Shown: piece by piece, positions 27,105-39,165 of the stretch
Layout: the number at the start of each line of letters is the position of its first letter
Position numbering within the stretch: position 1 is the stretch's first letter
Sequence record: SRR20825019_2778
Reading direction: 5' to 3' (one strand)
DNA length: 51,950 bases
Made by a program: the position numbers and the translations under genes
Notes under the pieces: model-generated
Told to the model about the DNA's origin: nothing
The model's database searches: none
What the model saw: the letters and a program-made list of their open reading frames with translations, nothing else

Positions 27105-29402
27105 GTGGCACAAGCGACAAGAGTCAATGACAAACAGAAACAGAATGAACCGGCTGGCGCAGTGGGATTCCGGCTGCGTGAAGCGGCCCTGATCCTGGCT
27201 GTCGCGCTGGCAGCCTATCTGTTGCTGTCATTATGGAGCTATGAGCCCACCGATCCGGGCTGGTCAACGACCGGTGCTGATGATTTTATTGCCAACAGCG
27301 GCGGCATCGTCGGCGCCTGGCTCGCCGATGCATTGTTATACGGCTTTGGCTTTCCTGCCTACCTGTTCCCGTTTATGGTCGGTTTTTCCGGCTGGTTACT
27401 TTTCAGCTGGGGTAAACGGGCTGATAGCGCCGATGCATTACATTTCTGGATTTTAAAAATGGTCGGCCTGTTGATGGCACTGGCGGCTGCCAGTGGTCTG
27501 TCTTCGCTAAGTCTGACCCAGTATGCGCAACTGTTGCCGATGGGAGCCGGTGGTGTGCTGGGTGAAGTGGTCGGTCATGGGTTTGAATCCGTATTCGGCG
27601 CCTCTGGCACCAGCTTGTTACTGCTGGCCGTACTGCTGACAGGTGTCACTCTGTTTACCGGTTTATCCTGGCTGATGGTGATTGATAAGCTGGGCAGCGT
27701 GGCCATGCTGGCCGTGGTCCATGTCAGCCGTTGGCTGCGTGAAATGAAGGATGATCTGCAGGCACGCCGCACCCGTCAGCAACGCGAGGAAACCTTCCGC
27801 GAGCAGAAAGAAAAAATGCAGCACAAAGCCAAGGTGCGGATTGAGCCGGTGCTGGAGAAAAAAGAACCCAGCAAACGTGAAGAGAAAGAAAAACAGGTGC
27901 CACTGTTTGAAACCGCAGATGCCCCCGGTATGCCAGCGCTGGCTTTACTGGATATGCCCAAGGCCAGCCAGAGCGCTTTCAGTGAAGAAGTTTTGCAGGC
28001 CCTGTCGCGTCAGGTTGAACTGAAACTCAAAGATTTCGGTGTTGAAGTGCAAGTGGTCGAAGTGCAGCCAGGCCCGGTGGTTACCCGGTTCGAACTGCAA
28101 CCGGCACCCGGTATTAAAGTCAGCCGCATCAGTGGTCTGGCAAAAGACCTGGCCCGCGCCCTGTCTGTCAGCAGCGTGCGGATTGTGGAAGTGATCCCCG
28201 GCAAACCCGTAGTGGGACTTGAAATTCCCAATGAAACCCGCGAAATCGTACGACTGCGTGAGATTCTTGCCTGCGAGGATTACGAAAACAGCAAATCATT
28301 GCTGGAACTGGCACTGGGTAAAGATATCGCCGGCCGCCCGACGGTGGCTAACCTGGAAAAAATGCCGCACTTGCTGGTGGCGGGCACCACCGGTTCCGGT
28401 AAGTCCGTCGCTGTCAATGCGATGATCCTGAGCATCCTTTATAAAGCGACGCCTGAGCAGGTCCGCATGATCATGGTCGATCCCAAGATGCTGGAGTTGT
28501 CGGTCTATGAGGATATTCCGCACTTGCTGGCGCCGGTTGTCACCGATATGAAAGAGGCCGCCAATGCATTGCGCTGGTGTGTCGCCGAAATGGAGCGCCG
28601 TTACCCGCTGATGGCCGCACTGGGCGTCAGAAATATTGCCGGCTACAACAAGAAAGTCCGTGATGCGATCGAGCGTGGCGAACCGATTAAAGACCCGACT
28701 ATGGATGTCGAGCCGGGTGAAGTGGCACCGACACTGGAGCCGTTACCGTTTATCGTCGTCGTTATCGACGAACTGGCCGATATGATGATGGTGGTAGGCA
28801 AGCAGGTTGAGGAACTGATTGCGAGGCTGGCACAGAAGGCACGGGCCTCAGGTATCCATCTCATTCTGGCAACGCAGCGGCCGTCAGTCGACGTCATTAC
28901 CGGCCTGATCAAGGCCAATATTCCGACCCGGATAGCTTTTCAGGTTTCATCACGTATCGATTCGCGGACGATTCTGGATCAGATGGGGGCCGAGCAATTG
29001 CTGGGACAGGGCGATATGCTCTATCTGCCACCCGGCAGTGGATTGCCGGAGCGTGTTCATGGCGCATTTGTTGATGATCACGAAGTTCACGCGGTGGTCG
29101 AGCACCTGAAAAAAATGGCAGCACCGAATTACCTGGAAGAAATCACTCAGGATCCGACGGGAGATGATAGTGAAGGGGGGCTGGGCGATCCCAGCGATGC
29201 CGAGTCTGATCCGCTTTATGATCAGGCTGTGCAGATTGTCACCGAAAGTCGCCGCGCGTCGGTTTCCGGTATTCAGCGCCGACTTAAGATCGGTTATAAC
29301 CGGGCGGCCCGGATTGTTGAAGCAATGGAAGCTGCCGGCGTGGTCTCAGCGATGCAGGGCAATGGTAGTCGCGAAGTCCTGGCGCCGCCACCCCGTGATT
29401 GA
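27105..29402 (+). CDS. ftsK: DNA translocase FtsK
   Basis: N-terminal TMs, [21 protein letters not shown], gamma domain [15 protein letters not shown]. Confidence 0.98.
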   Translation: MAQATRVNDKQKQNEPAGAVGFRLREAALILAVALAAYLLLSLWSYEPTDPGWSTTGADDFIANSGGIVGAWLADALLYGFGFPAYLFPFMVGFSGWLLFSWGKRADSADALHFWILKMVGLLMALAAASGLSSLSLTQYAQLLPMGAGGVLGEVVGHGFESVFGASGTSLLLLAVLLTGVTLFTGLSWLMVIDKLGSVAMLAVVHVSRWLREMKDDLQARRTRQQREETFREQKEKMQHKAKVRIEPVLEKKEPSKREEKEKQVPLFETADAPGMPALALLDMPKASQSAFSEEVLQALSRQVELKLKDFGVEVQVVEVQPGPVVTRFELQPAPGIKVSRISGLAKDLARALSVSSVRIVEVIPGKPVVGLEIPNETREIVRLREILACEDYENSKSLLELALGKDIAGRPTVANLEKMPHLLVAGTTGSGKSVAVNAMILSILYKATPEQVRMIMVDPKMLELSVYEDIPHLLAPVVTDMKEAANALRWCVAEMERRYPLMAALGVRNIAGYNKKVRDAIERGEPIKDPTMDVEPGEVAPTLEPLPFIVVVIDELADMMMVVGKQVEELIARLAQKARASGIHLILATQRPSVDVITGLIKANIPTRIAFQVSSRIDSRTILDQMGAEQLLGQGDMLYLPPGSGLPERVHGAFVDDHEVHAVVEHLKKMAAPNYLEEITQDPTGDDSEGGLGDPSDAESDPLYDQAVQIVTESRRASVSGIQRRLKIGYNRAARIVEAMEAAGVVSAMQGNGSREVLAPPPRD

Positions 29403-29466
29403 GATGGCGGAACCCCGTCATCATTCAGCAGTCTGCTCATTTAACACAGGACAATGGAGTCAGTGC

Positions 29467-30096
29467 ATGACCTTTATTAAAACTTCAGCTCTGCTGTTGA
29501 GTTTATTTTTCTCCTCACTCCCCATGGCAGCCGACGATGCAACCGAAAAGCTGCAACAATTTGTCAATAATGTGCACACCTTTTCTGCCCATTTCGAACA
29601 GATGGTTATCGATACTGAAGGCAATCTGCTGGAAGAAGCCGAAGGTGAATTTCAACTTGAGCGCCCGGGCAAATTCCGCTGGGATTATCAGCAGCCTTAT
29701 CCGCAGCAGATAGTGGCTGATGGTGAGCGGATCTGGTTTTATGATGTCGATCTGGAACAGGTCACCGTTAAATCACAACAGGAAGCCCTGGCTGATACGC
29801 CTGCAACCCTGCTTTCCGGTGAGGTGGTCCCTGCAGAGAAATACCATATCCAGAACCTGCCATCCGACGATGGGCTGCTCTGGGTTGAACTGACCCCCAA
29901 AGAGACTGACTCTAACTTTCAGGCCGTGAGCCTGGCCTTTGACGGTGATTCCCTGCAGCAGATGATCATGCGTGACAGTTTTGATCAGCGCACTCGGCTG
30001 ATCTTCAGTCAGGTGCAGGAAAATCCTACATTCGAACGCAATATTTTCAGCTTTACCCCGCCGGCCGGCGTTGATGTGGTCGGCGACAGCCAATAA
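29467..30096 (+). CDS. lolA: Outer-membrane lipoprotein chaperone LolA
   Basis: Signal peptide from ATG 29467 (GGAG RBS), RPGKFRWDY, QQIVADG, YDVDLEQV. Confidence 0.95.
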   Translation: MTFIKTSALLLSLFFSSLPMAADDATEKLQQFVNNVHTFSAHFEQMVIDTEGNLLEEAEGEFQLERPGKFRWDYQQPYPQQIVADGERIWFYDVDLEQVTVKSQQEALADTPATLLSGEVVPAEKYHIQNLPSDDGLLWVELTPKETDSNFQAVSLAFDGDSLQQMIMRDSFDQRTRLIFSQVQENPTFERNIFSFTPPAGVDVVGDSQ

Positions 30097-30112
30097 AGGT
30101 TAACACCGACTC

Positions 30113-31441
30113 GTGAGTTTATTTGATCAAGTCGAGGCCGATCCGGCCAGCCGTCCGCTGGCGGATCGGATGCGCCCCAAAACCCTGGATGAGTATATCG
30201 GCCAGACGCATTTACTGGGCGCCAGTAAACCATTAAGACAGGCCATTGCCTCGGGCCATCCGCACTCCATGATCTTCTGGGGGCCGCCCGGGACTGGTAA
30301 AACCACCCTGGCCAAGCTGATTGCCGGTTATTGTGACGCAGAGTTTATGACCATTTCTGCGGTGCTGGCGGGGGTCAAAGAGGTTCGTGCTGCGGTGGCG
30401 CGGGCACAGCAGCTGCAGCAGGAGCAGGGCCGTCGTACGATGCTGTTTGTGGATGAGGTGCATCGTTTCAATAAATCCCAGCAGGATGCTTTTCTGCCTT
30501 ATGTAGAAGACGGTACTTTTACCTTTATCGGTGCCACCACCGAAAACCCGTCATTTGAACTCAATAACGCTTTATTATCCCGCGCCCGGGTCTACGTCCT
30601 CAAATCGCTGGAAGCCGCCGATCTGAGACAAATCATTGATCGGGCCATGGCGGACAGCGAACTGGGGCTAGCAGATCGGGGCATCAGCATTTCAGAGGCT
30701 TTACGTGATCAACTCGCGCAAACCGCTGACGGCGACGGTCGACGGGTATTGAATCTGCTCGAAATCGCGGTCGATCTGGCCGACAGTAAAGGCCAGACGG
30801 AAGTCGATGAAAATGATCTGGCTGAAGTTCTGTCCGGCACTATCCGCCGTTTCGATAAAGGCGGTGAAGCCTTTTATGATCAGATATCGGCGCTGCATAA
30901 GTGTGTACGCGGATCGGCACCGGATGCAGCCTTATACTGGCTGTGCCGGATGATCGATGGCGGTTGTGACCCGGTCTATCTGATGCGGCGCATTGTCCGT
31001 ATGGCGGTGGAAGACATCGGTAATGCCGACCCGCGGGCTTTACGTATCGCACTGGATGCCTGGGAAAGCTTTGACAAACTGGGCAGCCCCGAAGGCGAGC
31101 TGGCAATTGCCCAGGCTGTGGTTTATCTTGCCTGTGCGCCCAAAAGTAATGCGGTTTATGTCGCTTTCAAAGCGGCGATGAACGATGCCAAAACCCACGG
31201 CAGTGCTGAAGTACCGGTGCATCTTCGCAATGCACCGACCAAACTGATGAAGGAACTGGGTTACGGTAAGGAATACCGCTATGCCCATGATGAGCCTGAT
31301 GCTTATGCTGCCGGAGAGCAGTACTTTCCCGATTCCATGCGCGATCGCAGCTACTATGAGCCGGTCAACCGTGGTCTGGAAATTAAAATTGCTGAAAAGC
31401 TGGCACGCCTGAGGGAGTTAGATAAACAATACAAAGGCTGA
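30113..31441 (+). CDS. rarA: Replication-associated recombination AAA+ ATPase RarA/MgsA
   Basis: [38 protein letters not shown]. Confidence 0.97.
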   Translation: MSLFDQVEADPASRPLADRMRPKTLDEYIGQTHLLGASKPLRQAIASGHPHSMIFWGPPGTGKTTLAKLIAGYCDAEFMTISAVLAGVKEVRAAVARAQQLQQEQGRRTMLFVDEVHRFNKSQQDAFLPYVEDGTFTFIGATTENPSFELNNALLSRARVYVLKSLEAADLRQIIDRAMADSELGLADRGISISEALRDQLAQTADGDGRRVLNLLEIAVDLADSKGQTEVDENDLAEVLSGTIRRFDKGGEAFYDQISALHKCVRGSAPDAALYWLCRMIDGGCDPVYLMRRIVRMAVEDIGNADPRALRIALDAWESFDKLGSPEGELAIAQAVVYLACAPKSNAVYVAFKAAMNDAKTHGSAEVPVHLRNAPTKLMKELGYGKEYRYAHDEPDAYAAGEQYFPDSMRDRSYYEPVNRGLEIKIAEKLARLRELDKQYKG

Positions 31442-31447
31442 GTGAAT

Positions 31448-32200
31448 TCAGGCTGTCGGGTAAATATCAAAGCGGGTATTTTTACTCTGAACACTGGCAG
31501 CGGGTTGCTGGTCACCAACAAATTCGGCCCCCTTTGGACGTTTAACAACGACCCGTTTTCGGGCTTTGCTGCGAGCCACAGAGAGCAGTTCTGCACTGTC
31601 CATATCCGCACCAACCAACTGATGCAGCAACTGCATTTCTTTTTTGACCAGAGCGGATTTATCACGGCCGGGATACATCGGATCCAGGTAGATCACATCA
31701 GCCTTGAGAGCAGGCTCAGCCAGTAAGCCAATCGCATTACCCTGGTAAAGCTGCATTCGACCGGCAATCTCTGCAATCGCAGGCTCAGCAGCAGCCCGTT
31801 GCAGCGCGTCCTCAATTAACAGACTCAGCACCAGATTCTGTTCCAATAGCGTGACCTGACAGCCCAGGCTGGCAAGCACAAAGGCATCGCGGGCAAAACC
31901 GGCAGTGGCATCTATGATGCTGGGTGTCTGACCCTGCTTGAGGCCAACTGCACGCGCAATAGGCTGACCCCGGCCGCCACCAAACTTGCGACGATGATCA
32001 TATTTACCGCTGTTGAAATCGATAGAGAACGGTTTATTGAATGCCGGTGCTTTGAAGGCGAGCCCATCTTGAGACAGCCACAGTTGATTCTTATCTGGTT
32101 GAAGATCTGACAGGACGAGACCCAGGCGAGCAGCCAGTGCCTGGGCACGGCTGACCGAGTGGTCATCCACAACTACAATAGAAGCCGGTGTCTCAGTCAA
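31448..32200 (-). CDS. rsmJ: 16S rRNA m2G1516 methyltransferase
   Basis: DATAGFARDAF, DVIYLDPMYP, RVVVKRP, RFDIY. Confidence 0.92.
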   Translation of the reverse strand: MTETPASIVVVDDHSVSRAQALAARLGLVLSDLQPDKNQLWLSQDGLAFKAPAFNKPFSIDFNSGKYDHRRKFGGGRGQPIARAVGLKQGQTPSIIDATAGFARDAFVLASLGCQVTLLEQNLVLSLLIEDALQRAAAEPAIAEIAGRMQLYQGNAIGLLAEPALKADVIYLDPMYPGRDKSALVKKEMQLLHQLVGADMDSAELLSVARSKARKRVVVKRPKGAEFVGDQQPAASVQSKNTRFDIYPTA

Positions 32201-33188
32201 GAGTCGTTATAAACTCACCGAAAGCGCGACTGCCTTTTGCAGTCTTAATCGTATCCAGCGTTTTTTCAGTGATGGCATCGATCACCGAGACAGTCCCGTT
32301 ACCCCAGTTGGCGACATAAATCAGGCTGCCGTCAGCTGAAGTGTCGATACCTTCCGGCGTATCTTCGACATCTACCGTATTGGTGACCTGATTCGTTTCG
32401 ACATCGATGATCGATATCGTGCTGTCATCCTGGTTGGTAACATAGAGTTTTTTGCCATCAGGGCTGACCACAGCACAGTATGGCCATTCCCCAACCGGAA
32501 TTGTGGTCACCACTTCGGCAGTTTCAGTATCAATCACACTGACATTACTGCTTTGCACATTAACGCTGTAAATAAAGCGACCGTCGGGTGTTATCGCCAT
32601 ACCGAACGGTGATTTGCCGACACTGACACTGCGAACGACCTGACCGCTGGTGAGATCAACAAAGGCCACGGCATTGTCATCACGATTAGCGACATAAAGC
32701 CGCTGCTGACTCTCATCCAGCACCATGCCGGCAGGAGATTGGCCGACCGCGATGGTCTGGCTGATTTCACCGGACTCAGGGTCCAGCACGCTGATATGGT
32801 TGTCGTACCAGTCAGCGACGTAAACCTGTTCGCCGCGACTGTCTGCCACAATGCCGACGGGACCGGCACCGATTTCGATCTGACGCAGCTCTTCAAGCGT
32901 CTTTAAGTCAATGACGGAGACAGTGCGGCTGTCCGGATTGCTGATAAAGGCTCTGCTGCCTTCTGGGCTGACAGCGACCCCGGCAGGCGCATCACCGACA
33001 CTGATTTCCTTGATGACTTCACCGGCGTTGACATCGATCACACTGACATTGTCTGCCAGTTGATTGCTAATCAGCGCATATTGCTTGTCAGCATCAAAGC
33101 AAGCCGTCAGTGTCAGGCTGAAAGCCACAAAAAAGGCGACCCGGAAACGGGTCGCCTTGATGGTTTGCTGAATCAGCGTGAACAGCAT
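32193..33188 (-). CDS. YVTN-repeat beta-propeller lipoprotein, MxaE-like
   Basis: Lipobox LTAC; seven repeats of (Y/F)V(A/T)N...VSVID; TAATG-coupled to mxaD. Confidence 0.85.
   Translation of the reverse strand: MLFTLIQQTIKATRFRVAFFVAFSLTLTACFDADKQYALISNQLADNVSVIDVNAGEVIKEISVGDAPAGVAVSPEGSRAFISNPDSRTVSVIDLKTLEELRQIEIGAGPVGIVADSRGEQVYVADWYDNHISVLDPESGEISQTIAVGQSPAGMVLDESQQRLYVANRDDNAVAFVDLTSGQVVRSVSVGKSPFGMAITPDGRFIYSVNVQSSNVSVIDTETAEVVTTIPVGEWPYCAVVSPDGKKLYVTNQDDSTISIIDVETNQVTNTVDVEDTPEGIDTSADGSLIYVANWGNGTVSVIDAITEKTLDTIKTAKGSRAFGEFITTLD
33129..33158 (-). terminator. Intrinsic terminator-like hairpin inside the 5' end of the beta-propeller gene
   Basis: AAGGCGACCCG-TTTC-CGGGTCGCCTTTTTT, about 30 nt after the mxaD stop. 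Confidence 0.65.
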
Positions 33189-33754
33189 TATTTTTCCAGA
33201 ATGGCTTTCAGGTTGTTCAGACCTGCTGTAGCAACACCTTCAATCGCTTTCACAGCATCATCGTCACTTTGACCTTCCGGTACTGGTGGGTTGTCCATGA
33301 AAGAGCGATAGAATTTCGCTTTCCAGGTGACTTCAGAACCACCGTCTTTGGGTTTAACACTCAACCAGGCTTTGTAGTTATTCACCGGCAAAGTGTAATA
33401 AGGCGTGTCTTTGCTGTTGTAAGTAATGGTTTTGATAACACTCATATCTTCAATGGTGTAAATCATCATCATTTTTTCGTTGTCGATTTTGTCCAGTTCT
33501 TCAGTGATAGTCGGGTTGCCTTCCGCTTTCAGGGTCAGAACACGGATATTGTCTTCTTTCATCTCGGTGCTGGCGACGGCAGGGTGCCAGTTATGCAGAC
33601 CACCGAAATCACTGACGACTTCCCAGACTTTTTCCGGGGCAGCGTTAATGAATACGGTTTCTTTGACCTGTTGACGAGTCGGACCGTGGGCTACAGCCAG
33701 CATAGGAACGACCATCATGGCAGTCGCAAAGAATTGTAAAAACTTCTTCATCAT
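33188..33754 (-). CDS. mxaD: MxaD-like periplasmic SRPBCC protein (methanol oxidation accessory)
   Basis: Signal peptide, HGPTRQQVKETVFINAAPEKVW, WHPAV, PVNNY, GSEVTWKAKFYR; GGAGAG RBS. Confidence 0.8.
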   Translation of the reverse strand: MMKKFLQFFATAMMVVPMLAVAHGPTRQQVKETVFINAAPEKVWEVVSDFGGLHNWHPAVASTEMKEDNIRVLTLKAEGNPTITEELDKIDNEKMMMIYTIEDMSVIKTITYNSKDTPYYTLPVNNYKAWLSVKPKDGGSEVTWKAKFYRSFMDNPPVPEGQSDDDAVKAIEGVATAGLNNLKAILEK

Positions 33755-33785
33755 ATCTCTCCGATTTATTATGAATGCGTAAAGG

Positions 33786-33819
33786 AAGTTAGCACATGAA
33801 GTCTGAACGGAATCTGAAC
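33786..33819 (-). promoter_or_regulatory. Response-regulator direct repeat plus extended -10 upstream of mxaD
   Basis: GTTCAGA-TTCC-GTTCAGA (11-bp period), then 10 bp, then TAACTT preceded by TGn. Confidence 0.55.
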
Positions 33820-33959
33820 AGATGCCAATGTGAATTATTCCTTTAAGACCAAAAACTGGTGCACACACTCTAGCCGATAAGCCTGCATTTTTCCATAAGC
33901 CAATTTGACTTAGTGTGGCTTATTCACCAAAATTAACGACCTTTCATTCTTGACTTATA

Positions 33960-34778
33960 ATGCTGGAGAAACGCGTGCCACTGGTAAAGATCAGGGACTT
34001 GCACTTTTATCGTGGTGACCGTGCCATCTTTGAAGGCGTCAACATCGACATTGAACGCGGCAAAGTCACGGCTATCATGGGCCCGAGCGGTACCGGCAAA
34101 ACCACCCTGTTGAAATTAATAGGTGGCCAGCTACGCCCTGACAAAGGCACGATCGAAGTTGACGGTCAGAATGTTCACAAACTCTCACGCTCCGATCTAT
34201 ACGAACTGCGTAAACGGATGGGTATGCTGTTTCAAAGTGGTGCCTTGCTGACCGACCTCACTGTTTACGACAATGTCGCTTTCCCGCTCAGGGAACATAC
34301 CGACCTCCCCGAATCAATGATTCGCGATCTGGTCCTGATGAAACTGCAGGCGGTGGGGCTGCGTAACGCGCGTAATCTGCACCCGGCAGAATTGTCCGGC
34401 GGTATGGCGCGGCGTGTCGCACTGGCCCGTGCAGTAACGCTTGAGCCAATGATGATCATGTATGACGAGCCGTTTACCGGCCAGGATCCGATTTCAATGG
34501 GCACACTGGTCAATCTGATCCACCGTATTAACGATGCGATGGGCTTAACCAGCATCGTTGTATCACATGATGTCGCGGAGACAGCTGAAATTGCGGATTA
34601 CATCTATCTGTTGTCAGGCGGCAAGATTATCGAGCACGGCTCTCCGATAGAACTGCGGCGCTCCGGCTCCCAGTGGGTCCAGCAGTTTATGCATGGCTAT
34701 CCCGACGGTCCGGTGCCGTTCCACTATGCCGGTCCGGATCTTGAAGAAGACTTACTCAAGCCAGAGGAATATGCATGA
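33960..34778 (+). CDS. mlaF: Phospholipid ABC transporter ATPase MlaF
   Basis: [33 protein letters not shown]; true start may be GTG 33975. Confidence 0.96.
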   Translation: MLEKRVPLVKIRDLHFYRGDRAIFEGVNIDIERGKVTAIMGPSGTGKTTLLKLIGGQLRPDKGTIEVDGQNVHKLSRSDLYELRKRMGMLFQSGALLTDLTVYDNVAFPLREHTDLPESMIRDLVLMKLQAVGLRNARNLHPAELSGGMARRVALARAVTLEPMMIMYDEPFTGQDPISMGTLVNLIHRINDAMGLTSIVVSHDVAETAEIADYIYLLSGGKIIEHGSPIELRRSGSQWVQQFMHGYPDGPVPFHYAGPDLEEDLLKPEEYA

Positions 34779-35557
34779 TTAACCTGATTCGCAGTCTCGG
34801 CCGCTGGGGGCTGGGCACGTTTGAGCGTCTGGGTCGTGGACATCTATTTCTGATGCACATCCTGGCCGGTGTGCCGGGCCTGTTTCTGCGTTTTTCTCTG
34901 GTCATCCAGCAAATGTACTCTGTCGGCGTATTGTCGCTGATGATTATTCTTGTTTCCGGCCTGTTTGTCGGTATGGTGCTGGGTCTTCAGGGGTATAATA
35001 CGCTGGTGGACTTCGGTGCCGAGGAGTCTCTCGGTGTACTGGTGTCGCTGTCATTGGTTCGAGAACTGGGCCCCGTGGTCAGTGCCCTGCTGTTTGCCGG
35101 TCGTGCCGGCTCAGCGCTGACAGCAGAAATCGGCCTGATGAAAAGTACCGAGCAATTGTCAGGGATGGAAATGATGGCGGTTGATCCAGTCCGTCGTGTC
35201 ATTGCGCCGCGTTTCCTGGCCGGTCTTCTCTCCATGCCTTTATTGGCGGCGGTATTCAGTGCGGTAGGCATTATCGGTGCCTTTCTGGTAGGCCACGGTC
35301 TGCTGGGGGTCGACGATGGTGCTTTCTGGTCTCAGATGCAGGCCAAAACAGATTTTTACGATGACATTCTTAACGGGGTCATCAAAAGTGTGGTGTTCGG
35401 GTTTGTTGTAACCTGGATCGCTTTGTTTGAAGGGCATGATGCCGCGCCGACTTCGGAAGGGGTCGGAAGAGCAACAACGCGCACCGTAGTGCACTCTGCG
35501 TTTGCGATTCTGGGGCTGGACTTTGTGCTGACTGCGTTGATGTTTGGAGATGAATAA
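34775..35557 (+). CDS. mlaE: Phospholipid ABC transporter permease MlaE
   Basis: [28 protein letters not shown]. Confidence 0.97.
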   Translation: MINLIRSLGRWGLGTFERLGRGHLFLMHILAGVPGLFLRFSLVIQQMYSVGVLSLMIILVSGLFVGMVLGLQGYNTLVDFGAEESLGVLVSLSLVRELGPVVSALLFAGRAGSALTAEIGLMKSTEQLSGMEMMAVDPVRRVIAPRFLAGLLSMPLLAAVFSAVGIIGAFLVGHGLLGVDDGAFWSQMQAKTDFYDDILNGVIKSVVFGFVVTWIALFEGHDAAPTSEGVGRATTRTVVHSAFAILGLDFVLTALMFGDE

Positions 35558-35559
35558 AA

Positions 35560-36027
35560 ATGATGCAGAATAAGAGTACCGAAATTATTGTCGGGATGTT
35601 TGTTGCCGTGGGTATTGCTGCCCTGTTCATGCTCGCCATGAAAGTCAGCAATCTGGGTGACTTCACCGATGACGCCGGTTACCAGGTGACTGCGGAATTT
35701 GAAAATATAGGCGGCCTTAAAGTTCGTGCTCCGGTGACCATGGCTGGCGTGCGAGTCGGTCGGGTTGCAGCGATCAGTCTTGATCCTACAACCTATAATG
35801 CCGAAGTGACTATCAATATGTACTCTCAGTTCGATACGATTCCGCTCGACACTTCAGCCAGCATCTACACCGCCGGCCTGTTGGGAGAGCAATACATCGG
35901 TCTGGTCGCCGGTGCGGAAGAAGAATTTTTACAACAAGGGGATGTCATAGACCTGACTCAGCCAGCGCTGGTGCTTGAGCAGGTAATCGGACAATTCCTC
36001 TACAGTAAAGCGGAAGGTGATGAATAA
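35560..36027 (+). CDS. mlaD: MCE-domain protein MlaD
   Basis: FENIGGLKVRAPV, GLLGEQYI. Confidence 0.96.
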   Translation: MMQNKSTEIIVGMFVAVGIAALFMLAMKVSNLGDFTDDAGYQVTAEFENIGGLKVRAPVTMAGVRVGRVAAISLDPTTYNAEVTINMYSQFDTIPLDTSASIYTAGLLGEQYIGLVAGAEEEFLQQGDVIDLTQPALVLEQVIGQFLYSKAEGDE

Positions 36028-36665
36028 TGACCATGCTGAATAAATTTTTAATGCATTCGATGCTGATGCTGTCGGCTCTGATGCTGGCTTTCATTCCTCT
36101 GAAAGCGTCAGCAGAAGCCATGTCCGAGCCTCAGGCTTTAGTGAAAAAAGCCTCTGATGACATGCTCAAAGCATTGAAAGATAACGAAGCCGAGCTTCAG
36201 GAAAACCCAGAGAAAATCTACGAACTGGTGGAAGCGATTCTGATGCCGCATTTTGACTTTGAAAAAATGTCAAAACTGGCATTGGGTAAAAACTGGCGCT
36301 CAGCTAATGCCGAGCAGCGAGACCGTTTTGTTGAGGAATTCCGTCTGCTGCTGATCAGAACCTATTCAACAGCGATGCTGGAATATACCGATGAAGTAAT
36401 CAACATGTTGCCGTTTCGTGATGATCTGAGTCGTAAGCGGGTGACTGTACCGATGGAAGTGGTTCAGAAAGGCGGACCGTCTATTGGTATGTCTTTATCC
36501 CTGTACCAGAACAAACAAGATGACTGGAAAGTGTATGACGTCAAGATTGACGGCATCAGCCTGGTCACCAACTATCGCTCCAGCTTTGCCAATGAAATCC
36601 GTAGTGGTGGCATGGACAAGCTGATAGAGGATCTGGCTGAGCGTAACCAGAAAGTCAAAGCATGA
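36027..36665 (+). CDS. mlaC: Periplasmic phospholipid shuttle MlaC
   Basis: Signal peptide, LALGKNWR, WKVYDVKIDGISLVTNYRSSF. Confidence 0.95.
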   Translation: MTMLNKFLMHSMLMLSALMLAFIPLKASAEAMSEPQALVKKASDDMLKALKDNEAELQENPEKIYELVEAILMPHFDFEKMSKLALGKNWRSANAEQRDRFVEEFRLLLIRTYSTAMLEYTDEVINMLPFRDDLSRKRVTVPMEVVQKGGPSIGMSLSLYQNKQDDWKVYDVKIDGISLVTNYRSSFANEIRSGGMDKLIEDLAERNQKVKA

Positions 36666-36967
36666 GCGATTTATTCAGCATCACATTTGACGCTGACAGT
36701 CAGACCTATAACATCCGCGGTGAACTGACACTGGCAACCGCAAAAGCCGTGCTGTCAGAGTCGACGGATCTGTTTGGCAATGCTGCCAAGCTGGACATCG
36801 ACCTTGCCAATGTGACCCGTGCTGACAGTGCGGCTCTGGCTTTGCTGATGTCCTGGATGCGGCAGGCCAGAGAAGGTAATAAGCCTATCCAGTTTCAGCA
36901 CATACCTGCGCAGATGCTGGCGATTGCCAAGGCCAGTGGTCTGGACGAAATTTTACCTCTTAAATAA
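36662..36967 (+). CDS. mlaB: STAS-domain protein MlaB
   Basis: IDLANVTRADSAALALL; position in the mla operon. Confidence 0.92.
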   Translation: MSDLFSITFDADSQTYNIRGELTLATAKAVLSESTDLFGNAAKLDIDLANVTRADSAALALLMSWMRQAREGNKPIQFQHIPAQMLAIAKASGLDEILPLK

Positions 36968-36990
36968 CTCAATCTAGTTGATAATTTGAT

Positions 36991-37215
36991 ATGAAAGCTT
37001 CCGAGATTAAAGCCCTGATTGAAGCAGGCCTGCCTGATGCCGATGTTGAAGTCAAAGGGGACGACGGTCAGCATTTCGATGCCGTGGTTGTGAGTGCTTC
37101 CTTTGTTGGTAAAAGTTTGATTGAACAGCACAAAATGGTCAAAGCGACTTTGGGAGACCGTTTCACCAGTGGTGAATTGCACGCGCTGGGTCTCAAAACC
37201 TCTGCCCCCCGTTAA
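36991..37215 (+). CDS. ibaG: BolA/IbaG family protein
   Basis: GDDGQHF, F.GKSLIEQHKMV, LHAL; between mlaB and murA. Confidence 0.88.
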   Translation: MKASEIKALIEAGLPDADVEVKGDDGQHFDAVVVSASFVGKSLIEQHKMVKATLGDRFTSGELHALGLKTSAPR

Positions 37216-37231
37216 GCCAACGCGAGCCTGA

Positions 37232-38520
<1,289 letters not shown>

Positions 38521-38521
<1 letters not shown>

Positions 38522-39165
38522 TGTCTGATACTTTGACGCTGGCGCTGTCCAAGGGACGTATTTTTAAGGAAACACTCCCCCTGCTCAAGGCAGCCGGTAT
38601 CGAGCCGCTGGATGATCCGGAAACCAGCCGTAAACTGATTCTGGCAACCAACCAGCCTGATGTGAACCTTATCATCGTGCGCGCTTCTGATGTGCCGACC
38701 TATGTCGAGTATGGCGGTGCAGACATCGGTGTCGCCGGTAAAGATGTGTTGATGGAACATCCGCATGCCGAGCTTTACGAACCGGTGGATTTGAAAATCG
38801 CCTGTTGCAAGCTAATGACCGCCGGTAAACCGGATGTGCCGGTTTCCAATGGCCGACTGAAAGTCGCCACCAAGTTTGTCGAAAGTACCCGCCGTTTCTA
38901 TGCCGAAAAAGGTGAGCAGGTGGAGATTATCAAACTCTACGGATCGATGGAGCTGGCGCCACTGGTTGGTCTTGCCGACCGGATTGTCGATGTGGTTGAT
39001 ACCGGTAACACCCTGCGTGCCAATGGTTTGGTACCGATGGAGCATATCGCGGATATCAGCTCGCGTTTGGTGGTCAATAAAGCGTCGATGAAAATGAAGC
39101 ACAAGCGGATACAGACTTTTATCGAACAAATCCGCAATGCAGTTAGAGAACAAAATAATGGTTGA
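38521..39165 (+). CDS. hisG: ATP phosphoribosyltransferase, short (HisZ-dependent) form
   Basis: [30 protein letters not shown]; 214 aa, no C-terminal regulatory domain. Confidence 0.96.

Noticed and set aside
29403..29422. Hairpin GATGGCGG-AACC-CCGTCATC between ftsK and lolA
   Set aside because: No U-tract and single copy; at most an mRNA stability element
29164..29466. N-terminal extension of lolA in the ORF track (similar extensions on pilT, yggT, mxaD, the MFS and ompA)
   Set aside because: Overlaps or runs upstream into neighbours; downstream starts fit RBS, signal peptide or family N-terminus better
32193..33080. Periodic sequence similarity suggesting an array
   Set aside because: Explained by YVTN propeller blades; no identical repeats with spacers, so not CRISPR
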